Both the position numbers and the translations under genes were made by a program. A stretch of DNA of 64,000 bases from Amphiscolops sp. MND2022. Taxonomy: Eukaryota. Of this stretch, positions 1-13,200 are shown piece by piece. Location of the stretch: contig OZ076413.1 in the NCBI GenBank assembly GCA_964187785.1, forward strand, positions 23,126,001 through 23,190,000. Reading direction: 5' to 3'. A model generated the notes under the pieces. It worked only from the letters and a program-made list of their open reading frames with translations, made no database searches and was not told the DNA's origin. The first letter of the stretch is position 1, and each line of letters begins with the position of its first letter.

Positions 1-279
1 AAAGTGTACAAAGTTTTTGCAAAGCTGACAAAATTTTTCAAAATACAGTAAAAAGCTGAAAGTTTCGTTGAATTTCGAATTAAGTCGATTGATACAGTGA
101 TTATATTGTAAAACATACAGCGAAACTGTTTAGGTCTTTCTGGGAAATTATTGCAACACCACTGTTTTTGAGCTGTCCATTTGCTTTTTTAAATGGAACC
201 ATGATTATGTCCTTACGAAATCCTCTGAAATAAATTAGCACTTTTTTCAGGTATTTATTGTGTACCTGTTAGTCCTTAA

Positions 280-415
280 CATTTATTTGAAAAACAGTAA
301 AATGTTTTCTGTTTGAAATACAATAAAAAGTAAAATGATTCTACAATTGTAGAATCATTTTACTTTTTTTACTGTTTTTCAAACAGAAAACATTTTACTG
401 TTTTTCAAATAAATG
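280..415. repeat. Near-perfect spacer-less palindrome (arms ~67/69 bp)
   Basis: Centre CTACAA|TTGTAG at 346/347. The reverse complement of 280-346 matches 347-415 except for 2 mismatches and a 2-nt indel. Confidence 0.95.
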
Positions 416-494
416 CTAGCTTACAAAGACATTTTTCATCGAATTTTACGTAGTATTTGACTTGCATAGAAATTTATATTCACTTTTTATTCAG

Positions 495-684
495 ACAACT
501 TCAGGAGATTGCGAGAAATGCGCCCCCTCTTTCGCACTGGAAGAACAACCGGTATAACGAACCCGAAATGTGCAGTGGCGCGGTCAGGAGGTTCACTGCA
601 GGGGAAATGTTGATGCAAGACTTGGCCTTGTTGAACCTGTTCCCAGATCCCAATACCAGTCCTGGCGGGGTGGCGCCCTCAGTT
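495..684 (+). CDS. Host gene exon (QLQEIARNAPPLSHW...GGVAPSV)
   Basis: Acceptor ttattcAG at 493-494, open frame, donor GTAAGA at 685. The phase-0 end is compatible with the downstream exons. Confidence 0.6.
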
Positions 685-990
685 GTAAGACGATGTCTCA
701 AAAATCTCAACTTGAAAGCTCATGCTAATTAGCTTAAGCTCTCTTGACTGAAAACAAGACGCAATATTGATATCGGGATCTTTGTCGCCTTGTCATTTTG
801 ATCAAGATTGTTTCCTGACAATAAGGCAAAAAAGCCAACAGTTTTATAGTTTTCAATTCATATTGAACTAAACCCATCTAAATAATGACGGATTATTGGA
901 TTTTTTTTCGAATATATTTTCCAATAGAATGGCATCACTCATCAAGTACAATTTTTCGAAACCAATTCCTTTTTTTGTTTTTTTTTGTAG

Positions 991-1089
991 CAGGACAAAT
1001 CAGTCATTTTAAAACCAGAAGAACTGGTAGATTTTCGACATGGTACAAGACATGGACAAATCGGCGGTTCTGTTTTATTCTCAAAGTCG
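991..1089 (+). CDS. Possible host gene exon (QDKSVILKPEELVDFRHGTRHGQIGGSVLFSKS)
   Basis: Strong polypyrimidine acceptor tttttttgtAG at 989-990 and an open phase-0 frame. The donor (GTTGTT at 1090) is weak. Confidence 0.35.
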
Positions 1090-1278
1090 GTTGTTTTGTT
1101 GTTTTTCAAGAAATCAGCAATGTTGTCTTTTTCTGAAAATTGACGGTTTGTTCCCAATTAAAATTGGCTGCTTTATTCCGCAACCGTTTTCTCTGGCTTT
1201 TTGTCTCCATTTTATTGACACTGAATTTGCAGCTGGCGTATTTGGTCGTTGCTTATTCAGTTTAATTTTCGTTCACAG

Positions 1279-1447
1279 GCCGCAGAAGTCAACAAAGCGT
1301 TTGAAAAAACCGAAGACCTTGAGTATGGAGGTTGGAAAAACAAGTACAAAGCCCCTCCCCCGGGCTACTTGGGCGCCATTGGTCAGCTACAGTGGCACGT
1401 GCCAGCTATGTCGAACTGGACCACTTGGCAGTTTGATACCATAAAAG
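1279..1447 (+). CDS. Host gene exon (AAEVNKAFEKTEDLEYGGWKNKY...WQFDTIK)
   Basis: Acceptor ttttcgttcacAG at 1277-1278, phase 0 start. Donor AAG|GT at 1448 is phase 1, matching the phase-1 exon at 15552. Confidence 0.65.
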
Positions 1448-1452
1448 GTTTC

Positions 1453-2172
1453 TGTTCGGATTAAGTTATCTTAATTTGACTAACATTGATATTCGTAGAA
1501 TACTTCTGCCGTTGTTGTAACTTTGTTCTGCCATCGTTGTAAAGTCGATTCGATCACTCAACATCAAATAACAATCGGAAGATGTTGCTAACATGTTTGA
1601 AACAACAAAGTCTTGACAAGTGAGCGCAATGCTGTCTGCTACGAAAAATGAACAGAATGCTTGCACTTGTTCTTTTTGCAAATGTTATTGACCTTCAAAC
1701 TTCGACAGTTCGGTTCGAACTTTTCATTTCAACTTCTCAAAAGTCCATGTCTAAATGTTAATAGCACAAAGGTTTACAGTCTCAGTACACTAAAAAGAGG
1801 AAAAGTTTTCCCTGAAAACAAGGAAGGTTCGGGACAGATTAGGTTTGGCTGACTGGTACCTTCGAACAGGAGGAAGACCTCCTGTCTAGGGCAAAAGCGC
1901 GAAAAAGAGGCTCGAGTAAAGACGTTATTTTCATCCTCAAAAGATAGTCATTTCTCCATATTCATTACAAAATGATTCAAAAGTCTGTCATTTCACTTTA
2001 TTCACTGTCGATATGATAACATTGTCAGCGAAACCTCTTGTAATTCATTTGTATCATTCTAAAAAGGGATCTATACTGCTGAATAAACGATTTTTTCACA
2101 TTCTCTTTCGACCACCACTACTTAGTAGAACTTCGCCATCAGCCAGGGCTCCTGGCAGGACACCCAGGAATA
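1453..2172 (+). repeat. 5' LTR of BEL element
   Basis: Direct repeat of 13981-14701 (about 17 differences by eye, ~97-98% identity). Begins TGTTC and ends GAATA. Confidence 0.93.
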
Positions 2173-3640
2173 TGTCTCCTCTCAGTGTGTGTCAATGTGT
2201 GGCTGGTCTTCCCTCAGTATTATGCGGCCTGACACATTGATGACAACGTAATGTTCAAAAGTGCAGGGGTTTTTTGGTTCTTCTGGGCTGTGCATTAGAC
2301 GCAAGGTGTCTCTGCAGCAGTTATCGCCTTTGGTCTTTGGGTCCCTGCGAACAGTGGACGATCTGGGTTCTTCTTTGTTGTCGGCAGTTATTTCCCGAAG
2401 AGCTCGGAATTTTGATAGTTCACAAACTGTTAGTTGAAATTTGTAGTGTGGCTTGTCTTGCAGAAAAACACTTTTTGGAGCATTTTTGTGCCAAATTTGA
2501 ATTCCGTTTTGTCCAAAAAGTGTAGCAACGCCTACAGCTGCTTGTACAAATTGATATTTTTGTATTTTTTTTCTCTGTGTGCTAACTTTTGTCTACTGTT
2601 TTTCCCATACTCTATCGAAGTTTGAGTTTGTTTTTCATAAAAAGGTTTTCAGCTCCTTCAATTGTCCTACAGAAAATTTTCCTTGCGATCTTTTGAGCCT
2701 TTGTTTTGCCATTTTGCCCCTATGGCAGTTTTTTTGTTGTAATTTTTTGTTTAATTGATGCTTTGTTTCATTTATTACGCCGCCTACCGGCTTTTACTAA
2801 TCGCACTTTGATTATGCCTCTCCCACATTAGATCCTTTTTCACCTTCTGTCTCTTTCTTGACCCCTATGATACTTGTTGAAAGGCCGTTTTTGACTGGAG
2901 AGGTACTTTGAAACTTATTTGTCGGAAAACGTTCTATTATTTTGTCTTTTTTGAGTTTCTTTTGCGTGTATTATAAACTAGACAGACTAGTTGCTCCTGA
3001 AACTTGGGTTTGACTTCGATATTTTGATAACTTGATACACAAAGGACACTGAGCCTCAGTCGTCACCTCCGCTGATGAAGAAGTCAGGCTCAGGTTGTTT
3101 CCTGGGCAAGTCGTCGGTCTGCACTGTAGATTGAAGCATTAGCCGCTCTCTCGACTGAGTCTCAGTCAAAAATAATTTTTTCTACTTTAACCCAAAGTTA
3201 TTCAAACATTCAAGCGAGGCAAATTTTGAGGAGCAGCTGTCTTTGTCTTGTTTCGTTTATCCTGTTGGCTGAGGCTATTTGTTCCGTTCTTTTCACTTCA
3301 AAAAACGTAACCTGAGTTCTAGACAATAAACTTTTGGCAAGTTGGTTCCTCCTTCAGTTTCGGTCTCGTTCTTTTGTATGCATTTATTTTGTACGTTTGG
3401 TCGATCTTTCTCTCATTTTACTCAAACGCTGCACGAGTATCATTTTGACTCTTGATTCAAGAAACAAAAACGAAGCACCAACTTGAAGCTGACTTTCTAA
3501 CTCAAAATTTGGTTCTGCAAACGACTTTCTTCATTAGTTTCTTCACTCGGTTTCTCATTGAATGACATTTCGTGTTTCTTTGGTTTTGCTCGTTCATTAG
3601 GACGCTTCAATATCTCATGTCTCTGCAAGTTTCTGTGACA

Positions 3641-6600
3641 GAAAAATTGTTGCTAGTCGAGACAGGATTGTTGGTCAGTTGTACGAGCGCGTTGAGCGTT
3701 TGGAGGAACTTCTGAAAAATCAAGCAAGGCGAACAAAAGTTTCGAGACTTGTTGATGATTGTCTTGATCTGAAGTCAAAAGTTAGCGAGAGGAATGAAAT
3801 TTTGATGTCTACAATGGTTGAGGCAGTGGTTAGTGAAGCGTCTGCCTCATCTAACAAAGTGATCATTTGTGGATTTGTCCCAATTCTGCCCGTGAATAAT
3901 TTGTCGATCGAGCACTCACTAGTTAGTCTTTTGGTATGTCTTCTAAAAAGTCGTCAACTTCGTCCAAACGTTCTAGGATGTTGTTGAAGTTTCCAGAAGA
4001 GGAGTTAGAGCGTCAAGCTGATGCCCGTAACGCTATCCTTGATGCTGAACTTCATGTTAAGCAATTGGAGATAGATGAATATAAGCGTCAACAACTCCAG
4101 AAGTATCAAGACGAGTGTCAGTTGGATGAAATCAGAGTCAAGTTCTAGTGAATCAGAAGGTAATGCTGAGGAAACTGTTGAAACAAAAACTCCGGATTGG
4201 GTAAATTCGTTGCCCCTTAGTGCTACAGTTGACTCTGGGCCTAGTCATTCGCAATATAAGTCGAATCTGATAGAAGAGCTTCTTCAGCAGACGTCTCATT
4301 CTAACAGGAGACCGACGCAAGTTGTTGATATTGTCACTTCTCAGTCTTCTTTTGTGAATAATTCACTTGGATCTAGCTTGCCTTTTGTTGATGTTAACGC
4401 TCCTCTTAAGGCTCCAATCAGTTCTTCTGGTGTGGTTGATAGCACGTTCGGTGCTTTGACTTTGGGTAACAAAGTATTGTCCTCGAACAACGAAGCATTT
4501 GGTTTGAATACTTCAGTCTTCTCTTGCGAGTATTTTGCCTTCACATATTGGTAATAGTCTTCAAAATACATATGTGCTGCCTTCGAGCCAGTCAGTGTCT
4601 TTACCTACAGCAGTTGTTTTACAGGGTAAAACCACTTTGCCTTCTTCTGGCCCTCTTAGGACTCTGATCACTTCTAATGGAAATGGTTTCCAAACGATAA
4701 TTGGAATGAGCCTGTCGAACATCTTTCTTTTGAATTCTCAACCATCTGTCAGTGTTCATCCGAATGTTAAAACTAGCAAAGTTGCTCAAGCCTGCACAGT
4801 GATCAATAACAGTGCAAAGCTAGATCAGCAACCAAATCCTCGAAAACCCTTTTCGTCTAATTCTGCTAAGCAACCTCCACGCTATCCTGCTCCTAGTATT
4901 TCCAATTTTAATCCAAACATTCCGCAAAGTATTTTGAAGAATCAAACTGCTCATGAGGTTCTTCCAACAAAATTTGGGCTTGATGTCTTTAGTGGAGATC
5001 CACTCAAATGGCCTGAGTGGAAAAGAATGTTTGAATCCATTTGTCGTAAGCCTTCAGTTTCATTAGATCATCGCATGAGATTCTTGAAACTTTTTACACC
5101 TGGAATAGCGAAAGCAACTATCGATGGGTTCGGATACTTGGGCGTTCAATTTGACCAAGCATTTGCTTCACTTCAGACAACGTTTGGAGCTCCACATATC
5201 ATAGTTGGGGCACAAATCAAAAAACTTAGGAAACATCCTCCAGTGAAAATGCACAACTATGCATCAATAATTGAATTTTCAAAGTTCTCAATAGCTTTGT
5301 TTCCGTCTTGTCAGCTGAATTATTCAAAGATTTACAGTCTTCAAGCTATTTGTCTTTGGTTGTGTCCAAGCTGCCAATTCTTCTTCGTGAATCTTGGTTT
5401 GGCTTTATCGAGCGTCTTCCGGTTGTCCACTTGGTTACTTTTCGGGATCGGCTGCAGCAGAACGCCGCAGTGCATGAACGAGTTTTGATGTCTAATACAT
5501 CTAATTTTGCCATTTGGCGAAAAATGACTAACTTCGTAAGCATCAAGTTCTTGCTTCAAACGTTGTTAAAACCTCAAGCAATAAATTGTCGGCCAATGTA
5601 AGGAAAAATCATTGTACTTTCTGTGACGAAAGTCACAAAATCAGGAATAGTTCTTCGTTTTGGTCCAAGTCAGTGGAACAGACGTCCGCCTTTGTTCGCG
5701 AAAAACAACTTTGTTTTACTTGCCTCCAATCTGGTCACATGGCTCGAGATTGTTCATCCAAGTTGAAATGTCGAAAAAGTGGTTGTGGGGAATCACATAG
5801 CAGTTTGTTGCATAGTGATACTTCTACCTGTGTGGTCCCCCCATTTGTGGGAAAAATTGTTGCTAGTCGCGACAGGATTGTTGGTCAGTTGTACGAGCGC
5901 GTTGAGCAATTGGAGGAACTTCTGAAAAATCAAGCAAGGCGAACAAAAGTTTCGAGACTTGTTGATGATTGTGTTGATCTGAAGTCAAAAGTTAGCGAGA
6001 GGAATGAAATTTTGATGTCAACAATTGTTGAGGCAGTGGTTAGTGAAGCGTCTGCCTCATCTAACAAAGTGATCATTTGTGGATTTGTCCCAATTCTGCC
6101 CGTGAATAATTTGTCGATCGAGCACTCACTAGTTAGTCTAGTGGTATGTCTTCTAAAAAGTCGTCAACTTCGTCCAAACATTCTAGGATGTTGTTGAAGC
6201 TTCCAGAAGAGGAGTTAGAGCGTCAAGCTGATGCCCGTAACGCTATCCTTGATGCTGAACTTCATGTTAAGCAATTGGAGACAGATGAATATAAGCGTCA
6301 TCAACTCCAGAAGTATCGAGACGAGTGTCAGTTGGATGAAATCAGAGTCAAGTTCTAGTGAATCAGAATGTAATGCTGAGGAAACTGTTGAAACAAAAAC
6401 TTCAGATTGGGTAAATTCGTTGCCCCTTAGTGCTACAGTTGACTCTGGGCCTAGTCGTTCGCAATCTAAGTCAAATTTGATAGAAGATTTTCTTCAGCAG
6501 ACGTCTCATTCTAACAGGAGACCGACGCAAGTTGTTGATTTTGTCACTTCTCAGTCTTCTTTTGTGAATAATTCAATTGGATCTAGCTTGCCTTTTGTTG

Positions 6601-9600
6601 ATGTTAACGCTCCTCTGAAGGCTCCAATCAGTTCTTCTGGTGTGGTTGATAGCACGTTCGGTGCTTTGACTTTGGGTAACAAAGTATTGTCCTCGAACAA
6701 CGAAGCATTTGGTTTGAATACTTCAGTCTTCTCTTGCGAGTATTTTGCCTTCACACATTGGTAATAGTCTTCAAAATACAAATGTGCTGCCTTCGAGCCA
6801 GTCAGTGTCTTTACCTACAGCAGCTGTTTTACAGGGTAAAACCACTTTGCCTTCTTCTGGCCCTCTTAGGACTCTGATCACTTCTAATGGAAATGGTTTC
6901 CAAACGATAATTGGAATGAGCCTGTCGAACATCTTTCTTTTGAATTCTCAACCATCTGTCAGTGTTCATCCGAATGTTAAAACTAGCAAAGTTGCTCAAG
7001 CCTGCACAGTGATCAATAACAGTGCAAAGCTAGATCAGCAACCAAATCCTCGAAAACCCTTTTCGTCTCTTTCTGCTAAGCAACCTCCACTCTATACTGC
7101 TCCTAGTTTTTCCAATTTTATTCCGAACATTGCGCAAAGTATTTTGAAGAATCAAACTGCTCATGAGGTTCTTCCAACAAAATTTGGGCTTGATGTCTTT
7201 AGTGGAGATCCACTCAAATGGCCTGAGTGGAAAGGAATGTTTGAATCCATTTGTTGTAAGCCTTCAGTTTCATTAGATCATCGCATGAGATTCTTGAAAT
7301 TTTTTACACCTGGAAAAGCGAAAGCAAATATTGTTGGGTTCGGATACTTGGGCGTTCAATTTGACCAAGCATTTGCTTCACTTCAGACAACGTTTGGAGC
7401 TCCACATATCATAGTTGGGGCACAAATCAAAAAACTTAGGAAACATCCTCAAGTGAAAATGCACAACTATGCATCAATAATTGAATTTTCAAAGTTCTCA
7501 ATATTTTTGTTTCCGTCTTGTCAGCTGAATTATTCAGTGATTTGCAGTCTTCAAGCAATTTGTCTTTGGTTGTGTCCAAGCTGCCAATTCTTCTTCGTGA
7601 ATCTTGGTTTGGCTTTATCGAGCGTCTTCGGGTTGTCCACTTGATTACTTTTCGGGATCGACTGCAGCAGAACGCCGCAGTGCATGAACGAGTTTTGATG
7701 TCTAATACATCTAATTTTGCCAATTGGCGAAAAATTACTAACTTCGTAAGCATCAAGTTCTTGCTTCAAACGTTGTTAAAACCTCAAGCAATAAATTGTC
7801 GGCCAATGTAAGGAAAAATCAATGTCCTTTCTGTGACGAAAGTCACAAAATCAGGAATAGTTCTTCGTTTTGGTCCAAGTCAGTGGAACAGACGTCCGCC
7901 TTTGTTCGCGAAAAACAACTTTGTTTTACTTGCCTCCACATGGCTCGAGATTGTTCATCCAAGTTGAAATGTCGAAAAAGTGGTTGTGGGGAATCACATA
8001 GCAGTTTGTTGCAACTTCTGAAAAATCAAGCAAGGCGAACAAAAGTTTCGAGACTTGTTGATGATTGTGTTGATCTGAAGTCAAAAGTTAGCGAGAGGAA
8101 TGAAATTTTGATGTCAACAATTGTTGAGGCAGTGGTTAGTGAAGCGTCTGCCTCATCTAACAAAGTGATCATTTGTGGATTTGTCCCAATTCTGCCCGTG
8201 AATAATTTGTCGATCGAGCACTCACTAGTTAGTCTATTGGTATGTCTTCTAAAAAGTCGTCAACTTCGTCCAAACATTCTAGGATGTTGTTGAAGCTTCC
8301 AGAAGAGGAGTTAGAGCGTCAAGCTGATGCCCGTAACGCTATCCTTGATGCTGAACTTCATGTTAAGCAATTGGAGATAGATGAATATAAGCGTCAACAA
8401 CTCCAGAAGTATCGAGACGAGTGTCAGTTGGATGAAATCAGAGTCAAGTTCTAGTGAATCAGAATGTAATGCTGAGGAAACTGTTGAAACAAAAACTTCA
8501 GATTGGGTAAATTCGTTGCCCCTTAGTGCTACAGTTGACTCTGGGCCTAGTCGTTCGCAATCTAAGTCAAATTTGATAGAAGAGCTTCTTCAGCAGACGT
8601 CTCATTCTAACAGTAGACCGACGCAAGTTGTTGATATTGTCACTTCTGAGTCTTCTTTTGTGAATAATTCAATTGGATCTAGCTTGCCTTTTGTTGATGT
8701 TAACGCTCCTCTGAAGGCTCCAATCAGTTCTTCTGGTGTGGTTGATAGCACGTTCGGTGCTTTGACTTTGGGTAACAAAGTATTGTCCTCGAACAACGAA
8801 GCATTTGGTTTGAATACTTCAGTCTTCTCTTGCGAGTATTTTGCCTTCACACATTGGTAATAGTCTTCAAAATACATATGTGCTGCCTTCGAGCCAGTCA
8901 GTGTCTTTACCTACAGCAGTTGTTTTACAGGGTAAAACCACTTTGCCTTCTTCTGGCCCTCTTAGGACTCTGATCACTTCTAATGGAAATGGTTTCCAAA
9001 CGATAATTGGAATGAGCCTGTCGAACATCTTTCTTTTGAATTCTCAACCATCTGTCAGTGTTCATCCGAATGTTAAAACTAGCAAAGTTGCTCAAGCCTG
9101 CACAGTGATCAATAACAGTGCAAAGCTAGATCAGCAACCAAATCCTCGAAAACCCTTTTCGTCTCTTTCTGCTAAGCAACCTCCACTCTATACTGCTCCT
9201 AGTTTTTCCAATTTTAATCCAAACATTGCGCAAAGTATTTTGAAGAATCAAACTGCTCATGAGGTTCTTCCAACAAAATTTGGGCTTGATGTCTTTAGTG
9301 GAGATCCACTCAAATGGCCTGAGTGGAAAGGAATTTTTGAATCCATTTGTTGTAAGCCTTCAGTTTCATTAGATCATCGCATGAGATTCTTGAAATTTTT
9401 TACACCTGGAAAAGCGAAAGCAAATATTGATGGGTTCGGATACTTGGGCGTTCAATTTGACCAAGCATTTGCTTCACTTCAGACAACGTTTGGAGCTCCA
9501 CATATCATAGTTGGGGCACAAATCAAAAAACTTAGGAAACATCCTCAAGTGAAAATGCACAACTATGCATCAATAATTGAATTTTCAAAGTTCTCAATAT

Positions 9601-10146
9601 TTTTGTTTCCGTCTTGTCAGCTGAATTATTCAGTGATTTGCAGTCTTCAAGCAATTTGTCTTTGGTTGTGTCCAAGCTGCCAATTCTTCTTCGTGAATCT
9701 TGGTTTGGCTTTATCGAGCGTCTTCGGGTTGTCCACTTGATTACTTTTCGGGATCGACTGCAGCAGAACGCCGCAGTGCATGAACGAGTTTTGATGTCTA
9801 ATACATCTAATTTTGCCAATTGGCGAAAAATTACTAACTTCGTAAGCATCAAGTTCTTGCTTCAAACGTTGTTAAAACCTCAAGCAATAAATTGTCGGTC
9901 AATGTAAGGAAAAATCAAAGTCCTTTCTGTGACGAAAGTCACAAAATCAGGAATAGTTCTTCGTTTTGGTCCAAGTCAGTGGAACAGACGTCCGTCTTTG
10001 TTCGCGAAAAACAACTTTGTTTTACTTGCCTCCAATCTGGTCACATGGCTCGAGATTGTTCATCCAAGTTGAAATGTCGAAAAAGTGGTTGTGGGGAATC
10101 ACATAGCAGTTTGATGCATAGTGATACTTCTACAATTGTGGTCCCC
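3641..10146 (+). repeat. gag: Tandem triplication of a ~2.1-2.2 kb gag segment (units 3641-5850, 5851-8013, 8014-10146)
   Basis: The ORF track repeats at periods of 2210 and 2096. Each unit runs from LEELLKNQARR through FSGDPLKWPEWK (DUF1759-like) to the zinc knuckles CFTCLQSGHMARDC and CRKSGCGESH. Confidence 0.97.
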
Positions 10147-10239
10147 GGTTCCAAGAATGAGAGTGGTCTTACATCTTGCACAGTTTCTGGTGCCCGCAAA
10201 GGGGCTTAGCAGGTTACTGAGATAGGATTGAAGAGTGGC

Positions 10240-13200
10240 TCTTTGCTTGGGCCTTTGCGATACCGGTAGCACCCAATCGTGGGTTTCCGAAGACGTAAGA
10301 TCTTGAGTAGGTCACGTTGGATCTAGCAAAACTGTTTGTGTACGTGGGGTTACAGGATCCTTAGAAGGTCCTTAGACGACGAGATATCATCCCTCTGAAA
10401 TTTTCCGCTTTAGTTAGAGCTGGTTTGTCACCTGAAAATGAAAAACTGGAATTGAAAAATGTGAAGTCATGTTGTCCACATTTGACAATTATCACAGCTG
10501 ATGTCATTGACTATTCGAAAATAGGCGTGCTTCTTGGACACGATGTTTATTCAGCCATTTGCCCGATTGGATATCAAACTTCTGATAATCATTTGCCTTG
10601 GGCAGTTAAACTTCCGATCGTTTGGGTCTTGAGTGGACCACTTCTCAATTGCAAGTCTCTGAAAAATAGCGTTTTTTTCACATCTTCGGGCGGCGCTTCT
10701 GTTGACGAGTCTGCTGATCTTGATTCAGCAACAGAAGTTTCCAAGTGGTGGGCCCTCGAAATATATGCATCATTTGTGAGTGTTGATCCTCGTTCGAAGA
10801 GTGATAAGAAAGTGCTCGAAAATTTAGAAAAAAACTTGTGGCTTCACTGGAAAGCGCTATTGTGTTGCCTTATTGTGGGATCCTGATGCAAAACCGTTGG
10901 CCAACAATTTTTCTTTGGCAAAAAGTCAGCTTTTATCTCTTGAACGTTGTCTGAGTTGCAAGTTAGGTACGTCAAATCTTTTGAAGATGACATAGCTAAT
11001 GGCTATATGCGTAAGGTTCTCTTCTCAGAAGTTGAAACCACTCATTGCTTGCCTCAGGGGTATTTGCCATACCACCCCGTTGTGAATCTCAACAAACCTT
11101 CTAAAATTCGTCGTGTCTGCAAACGATTCGCTGGAAATTCCTTGAATGAAGCCCATGTTTCTGGTCCGGATTTGTTTTTCGACTTGATAGGAATACTAAT
11201 TCGCCTTCGTTTGTTCAAAGTTGGTCTTTTCTGCTGACATTGAGACAATGTTCATGCAAGTTGAGGTCCCAGAGCATGAACAACGCTTCCTCTGATTTTT
11301 TTGGCGAAAAGGTCCGTCGTTCGAAATTGAAACGTTTCAGTACACCAGGCACATTTTCGGAACGAAGCCATCTCCAACTTGTGCGAATTTTGTAGTTCAA
11401 CAGACAGCTCGTGATAATAACAAAAGTTTTCAAGTGACTTCGAAGGCGGTTTTCACTTCCTTTTATGTTGATGATTTTCTACAACCGGTTCCATGTGAAA
11501 GTGAAGCAGTTGCACTAGCTAGTCAATTGGTGAAAATGTTGACTGAGGGTGGCTGTAATTTGACGAAGTTCGTCACAAATGGTTTGGAAGTCTACAAGTC
11601 GTCGGAAAAAGACCTTACTTTCGCTAAATTCTTCAGTGAAATGGAAGTCACTACTATTCTGGTTATCCGATGGGATCTGAAAATTGATACTTTGTATGTT
11701 TGCCGCGGTGTTTCAAATCCTTTGCACGAAAATGTAACTCAGCGTAAATTGCTTTCCGTTGTTTCGTCTGTATTCGACCCTTTAGGGTTTGTTTCGCTTT
11801 CACAATCAGAGGACGTTTGATCTTAAAGCATATTAGTCAATTGGACGGGCAAGCTTGGGACGAGCCTGTCCCTGAAAAAATTTAATACTTGTTCGAAGAC
11901 TGGAATACTGAGTTGCCTTTTGTCTCAACTTCCAAATACAGCGGTAAATTTTGAATGAAAGTCAATTAGACACTTCTCTTGAACTTCACGCCTCCCAATC
12001 AGCTATGTGCGCTGTTGCATATCTTCGTTCAATTCAGTGTGAAACTGCCAGTGTAATTGTTTCGTTCTTGGTTGCAAAATGTAGGGTTGCTCCCATTCGT
12101 GCAATTACTATTCCCAAACTTGAATTTCAAGCCGATGTGATCGGCTTGCGGTTGTCAATGTCCATGCAGTCCTTTCTTCCTTTCAGTGTCCAAAACTGTT
12201 TCTTTTGGAGCGACAGCTGCACTACTCTTTAAAGGATTTCGTCGTCTGACAAACGTCTTCCTGTTTGCGTTGCTAAGCGTGTGGCAGTATTGTTGAACAG
12301 AGGAACTTCGTTCCTGGTCAGATTAATCCTGCTGATATTGGTACCAGAGGTATCAAAATGTCTGAACTTGAGAACACTGAATGGTTATGGGGTCCTTTTT
12401 TTCTTACGTTTGAAACATCAAAGTGGCCTGAAAAGCCTCAATTTTTTGATAGTGTCTCTAGTGCTTCAGTGAATTCTGAAATGTCTTTGCATAAACTTGT
12501 TCTTGGCGAATTGTTCTGAAAAGTTTCTTCTTTCCGCAAATTAAAGAGAATCATTGCCTTAATTATCAAAGTGAGACCCGCGAAGCACAAAAGTGAAAAT
12601 TCTCCGAAACCTGTTCTGACTGTAGATGAACTCGCTCGAGCTGAAACCTGTATTTGGTCCCAAATTCAAATCGAGCCATTCCCTAAGAATATTTTGTCTC
12701 TCTTTTCTGATAACGTTGTTCCTGATAATCCTCAACTCGCACCTCTTGTCCCATTTTCGAATAATGGTTTATTACGTGCTCTTTGTCGCCTGCGGAAAGC
12801 GCCATGTCTTTCCTTCGAGCAAAATCACCCTGTCATTTTGTCCAGTAAGCATGTGGTTGTAAAGATATTTCTCAATGATATGCATATCTCGAATGCCCAT
12901 CAAGGAGTTGCATATCTTCGTTCTATTGCACAACAGTTTTTCTGTGTTCTCGGTCTGGTCTTCGTAGTAAACTTCGTCGAATTCCTTCGAGATGTGTCTT
13001 TTGTAAAAAACATACTCCAATGATTTCCGCTCCAATGATGTCTGACTCACCTTCAAAAGGACTTGGGTTCGGTAGTGTTCCCATCGCATTTACTGGAATT
13101 GATTTTTTTGGACCTTTCGAGGTGAAAATTTCTAGATCTTCCCTCAAGAGTTGGTGTTGCTTGTTTACATGTTTAACAGTCAGAGCTATCCATATTGAAG

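Noticed and set aside
1466-1852. ORFs duplicated at 13994-14380 (MQKEQVQAF..., MHLFFLQ...)
   Set aside because: They are short incidental frames in the two LTRs with no recognisable protein features.
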